DNA of 47,754 bases, taken from IMG/VR virus record IMGVR_UViG_2778261224_000004, one strand, 5' to 3'. The translations under genes and the position numbers were made by a program. Under the pieces are notes generated by a model. It ran no database searches and was not told where the DNA came from. It saw only the letters and a list, made by a program, of their open reading frames with translations. The DNA is from a virus (Duplodnaviria > Heunggongvirae > Uroviricota > Caudoviricetes). This document shows, one piece after another, positions 45,853 through 47,754 of this stretch (the first letter of the stretch is position 1; each line of letters begins with the position of its first letter).

Positions 45853-46830
45853 TTAATGTTGGAGTGATTTCCAGGTCTTTCTTAACCTGTTATAACGCTG
45901 CTCAACGAGGGATCGTAAATATGCAAGGTCAGCTCCAGGATACATGCCATCAGCAAATTCCTGGCTAACCTCTCTAGTGATTTGATGACGAAGTTCGGCC
46001 TCTCCCTTTTCCCGAACAAGACGCGCAGCTCTCTCCGCTGCTTTCTGTTTTGCCTTTATCTCTCTGGCCGTCTTCCTCTGATGCCATACATTCTCCATCT
46101 GCTCCTGAATAACAATACGCTTATAATCAGCCTCCGTTATCGCTTTTTTAAGCCGTTCGCTATTCTTCGCATTGAAGTAATTAAGTTTCTGGCTAACCGC
46201 ACGTCTCCATGCTTGTTCAGTAATACCAACGGTTTCCAGCAGTTGATCACGAATCTCTATTTTCGCTGGCCAATACTGTTTATTCACCCGATCCCAGCGA
46301 CGTTCATAATCAATAAAACCTAACGCTTTCAGTTGCGACAATGCCCTTGTACAGCGCGTTATAGACTTGTTCCCAGCTTCGGATACGGTAGACAGGCCGC
46401 AAAAATCAGCCAACGCCTCAGCACTGGCCAGAACCCGCTTAGAAATGATGTTTACATGGTGCAAAATCGCAGCGATCACAGCATTAATCGCCCGACGACG
46501 ATGCTCGTTTATCCGGCGCTTCCGCTCTGACGGTTGATTAACGTAGAACGCAACCTCACACGTAAGATCACGCCCATTAATGCGCTGTAAAGCATCAGAT
46601 AACACCAGCGGCAGCTTGTGCGTATGGTGCTTTGGAGGCTGGAACTCCGGCGACAAATTACAAACGTAAGCTGAACGTAGAGACGGCATTGGTCTATCCA
46701 TATGTTCGCTCTTGCGTCCACGGAAAACCAACGTATAATGGGAGTTGTCGAGGCGCCCATGGTTAGTTGTTGGTTTTCCGTGGATGTCGCAAGAAGCCCG
46801 CAGATTTATCTGCGGGCTTTTTGTTTCCAT
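45853..46830 (-). CDS. repA: Plasmid replication initiator RepA, IncFII (RepFIIA)-like; true start probably internal (Met 46701 or 46692)
   Basis: 325-aa ORF; ..FCGLSTVSEAGNKSITRCTRALSQLKALGFIDYERRWD.. resembles the RepA1 core as recalled; the N-terminal 43 codons overlap the antisense-RNA/leader structures. Confidence 0.6.
   Translation of the reverse strand: METKSPQINLRASCDIHGKPTTNHGRLDNSHYTLVFRGRKSEHMDRPMPSLRSAYVCNLSPEFQPPKHHTHKLPLVLSDALQRINGRDLTCEVAFYVNQPSERKRRINEHRRRAINAVIAAILHHVNIISKRVLASAEALADFCGLSTVSEAGNKSITRCTRALSQLKALGFIDYERRWDRVNKQYWPAKIEIRDQLLETVGITEQAWRRAVSQKLNYFNAKNSERLKKAITEADYKRIVIQEQMENVWHQRKTAREIKAKQKAAERAARLVREKGEAELRHQITREVSQEFADGMYPGADLAYLRSLVEQRYNRLRKTWKSLQH
46746..46826 (+). 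ncRNA. Candidate CopA-like antisense RNA opposite the repA leader
   Basis: Plus-strand TTGCGT-N16-TATAAT (46712-46739) and, about 80 nt downstream, terminator GCCCGCAGA-TTTA-TCTGCGGGC plus TTTTGTTT (46796-46826); perfect 15-bp inverted repeat 46718-46732 / 46768-46782 in the leader. Confidence 0.5.
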
Positions 46831-46866
46831 ATCTGGTCACTTTCCAACCAGACACCCACAATCATA

Positions 46867-46881
46867 ACCACGTTACGTGGT
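46867..46881. promoter_or_regulatory. Operator-like palindrome ACCACGTTACGTGGT in the repA promoter region
   Basis: Same ACCAC-N5-GTGGT architecture as the immunity-region operators. Confidence 0.45.
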
Positions 46882-47296
46882 TTTAAGAGAACTCTACCAC
46901 AACACTTTCGGTCATGCACGAAGTCTCTCACTGATCGAACGATAATCCACCAGTAAAAGGATCTAAATTGGATCTCGTTTTGCGAGCATCATACTACTGG
47001 CCTAACTCCAGTCAATGATTCCCAGCCAGAAACCTGCGGTAAACTCATCGTTCAGCAATATGCTGTCCGGCTTCAAAGATAAGGTGACATCATCCCTTAA
47101 CAGCGCGGCCAGTTCAGTTAAAGGGCTGTTCTGATTTAATGCTGGCCACTCATACCTGGTAATAAGTGGTCAGTCTTAACACTCACCATTTGATTGCACC
47201 CGTGTTGACGATTTGTTACTGGATATCAGACACGCTGGATAGCCAGTAGAAACATACCATTAAAATTATTACAATAATTGGTCACATGATTATCTT

Positions 47297-47754
47297 ATGC
47301 TGAATAATAAAGATATGAATATTAATGAACTTAAAGACTGTATTCACTATGAAGTAATCGGTAGCGAGCGTCCTTTCTCCTGGCGAAAGGCAATTGTTCG
47401 CGCAATAAAACATAGAAGGGTTCGTTATTTATTTTGGTGGCGCATAGCCAAATACCTTTTTGATAAAGGCGGATACTGTCGGAAGATTGCGGGAAAAATA
47501 GAACGTTTCATTCTTGATAAATATAATGTAACAGTCCCTTTAACTGTAAATATAGGGAAAGGCTTTGATATTTCTTATCTCAACAGTGTTGTTATCGGTC
47601 ACAAAGTAACAATCGGTGAAAATTGTTCAATTAAGCCCGGAGTAACTATTGGACTTCGCGGGGAATTTAATGATATGGATATTGTTATAGGGCATAATGT
47701 GACCATTGGTTGTAATGCCACCATTCTTGGTGGCAAAGTGCGTATAGGAAACAA
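47297..47754 (+). CDS. Hexapeptide-repeat O-acetyltransferase, N-terminal part (continues at 78..183 across the circular junction; about 187 aa in total)
   Basis: ATG at 47297; translation MLNNKDMNINELKDC...GKGFDISYLNSVVIGHKVTIGENCSIKPGVTIGL... with hexapeptide repeats; reads in frame into the terminal duplication. Confidence 0.75.
   Translation, partial: MLNNKDMNINELKDCIHYEVIGSERPFSWRKAIVRAIKHRRVRYLFWWRIAKYLFDKGGYCRKIAGKIERFILDKYNVTVPLTVNIGKGFDISYLNSVVIGHKVTIGENCSIKPGVTIGLRGEFNDMDIVIGHNVTIGCNATILGGKVRIGN

Noticed and set aside
46900-47290. CopB-like small repressor ORF upstream of the repA leader
   Set aside because: Minus-strand frames in this interval were translated by hand; the longest open frames are under 20 codons
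1-47754. N15-like linear plasmid prophage
   Set aside because: No protelomerase-sized ORF; the 84-bp palindrome is not adjacent to any candidate telomere resolvase and the contig closes as a circle

Overview
The window is a closed circular replicon of about 47.68 kb (bases 1-77 are identical to 47678-47754): a complete temperate phage that also carries plasmid maintenance genes and has no integrase, i.e. a probable phage-plasmid (extrachromosomal prophage). An enterobacterial host is inferred from gene families, the tRNA and operator style. The minus strand from about 34.3 kb down to 0.15 kb is one long late/morphogenetic region: Q-like antiterminator, holin / GH108 endolysin / Rz-Rz1 lysis cassette, tRNA(CAT), MT-A70 methyltransferase, small accessory genes, three ParB-like nuclease-domain genes (one fused to a SAM methyltransferase), lambda-like terminase, portal, protease, decoration and capsid genes, then a P2/Mu-like contractile tail with a TTTTTTG frameshift chaperone, tape measure, baseplate, HxH-type tail fibre and Tfa. 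The rest carries a CI-like repressor with ACCAC-N5-GTGGT operators, ParA/ParG partition, an antirepressor module, HigBA, an IncFII-like repA with a candidate antisense RNA and DnaA-box origin, and a junction-spanning O-acetyltransferase. No protelomerase or CRISPR array was seen. Unexplained elements worth follow-up: a triplicated ~112-bp promoter/leader cassette, a dispersed AT-rich motif, an 84-bp palindrome beside the tRNA, a possible type I toxin-like small ORF with an antisense partner, a structured RNA upstream of the antirepressor, and a poly-C tract. All protein calls rest on by-eye motif and synteny recognition; no database search was run.
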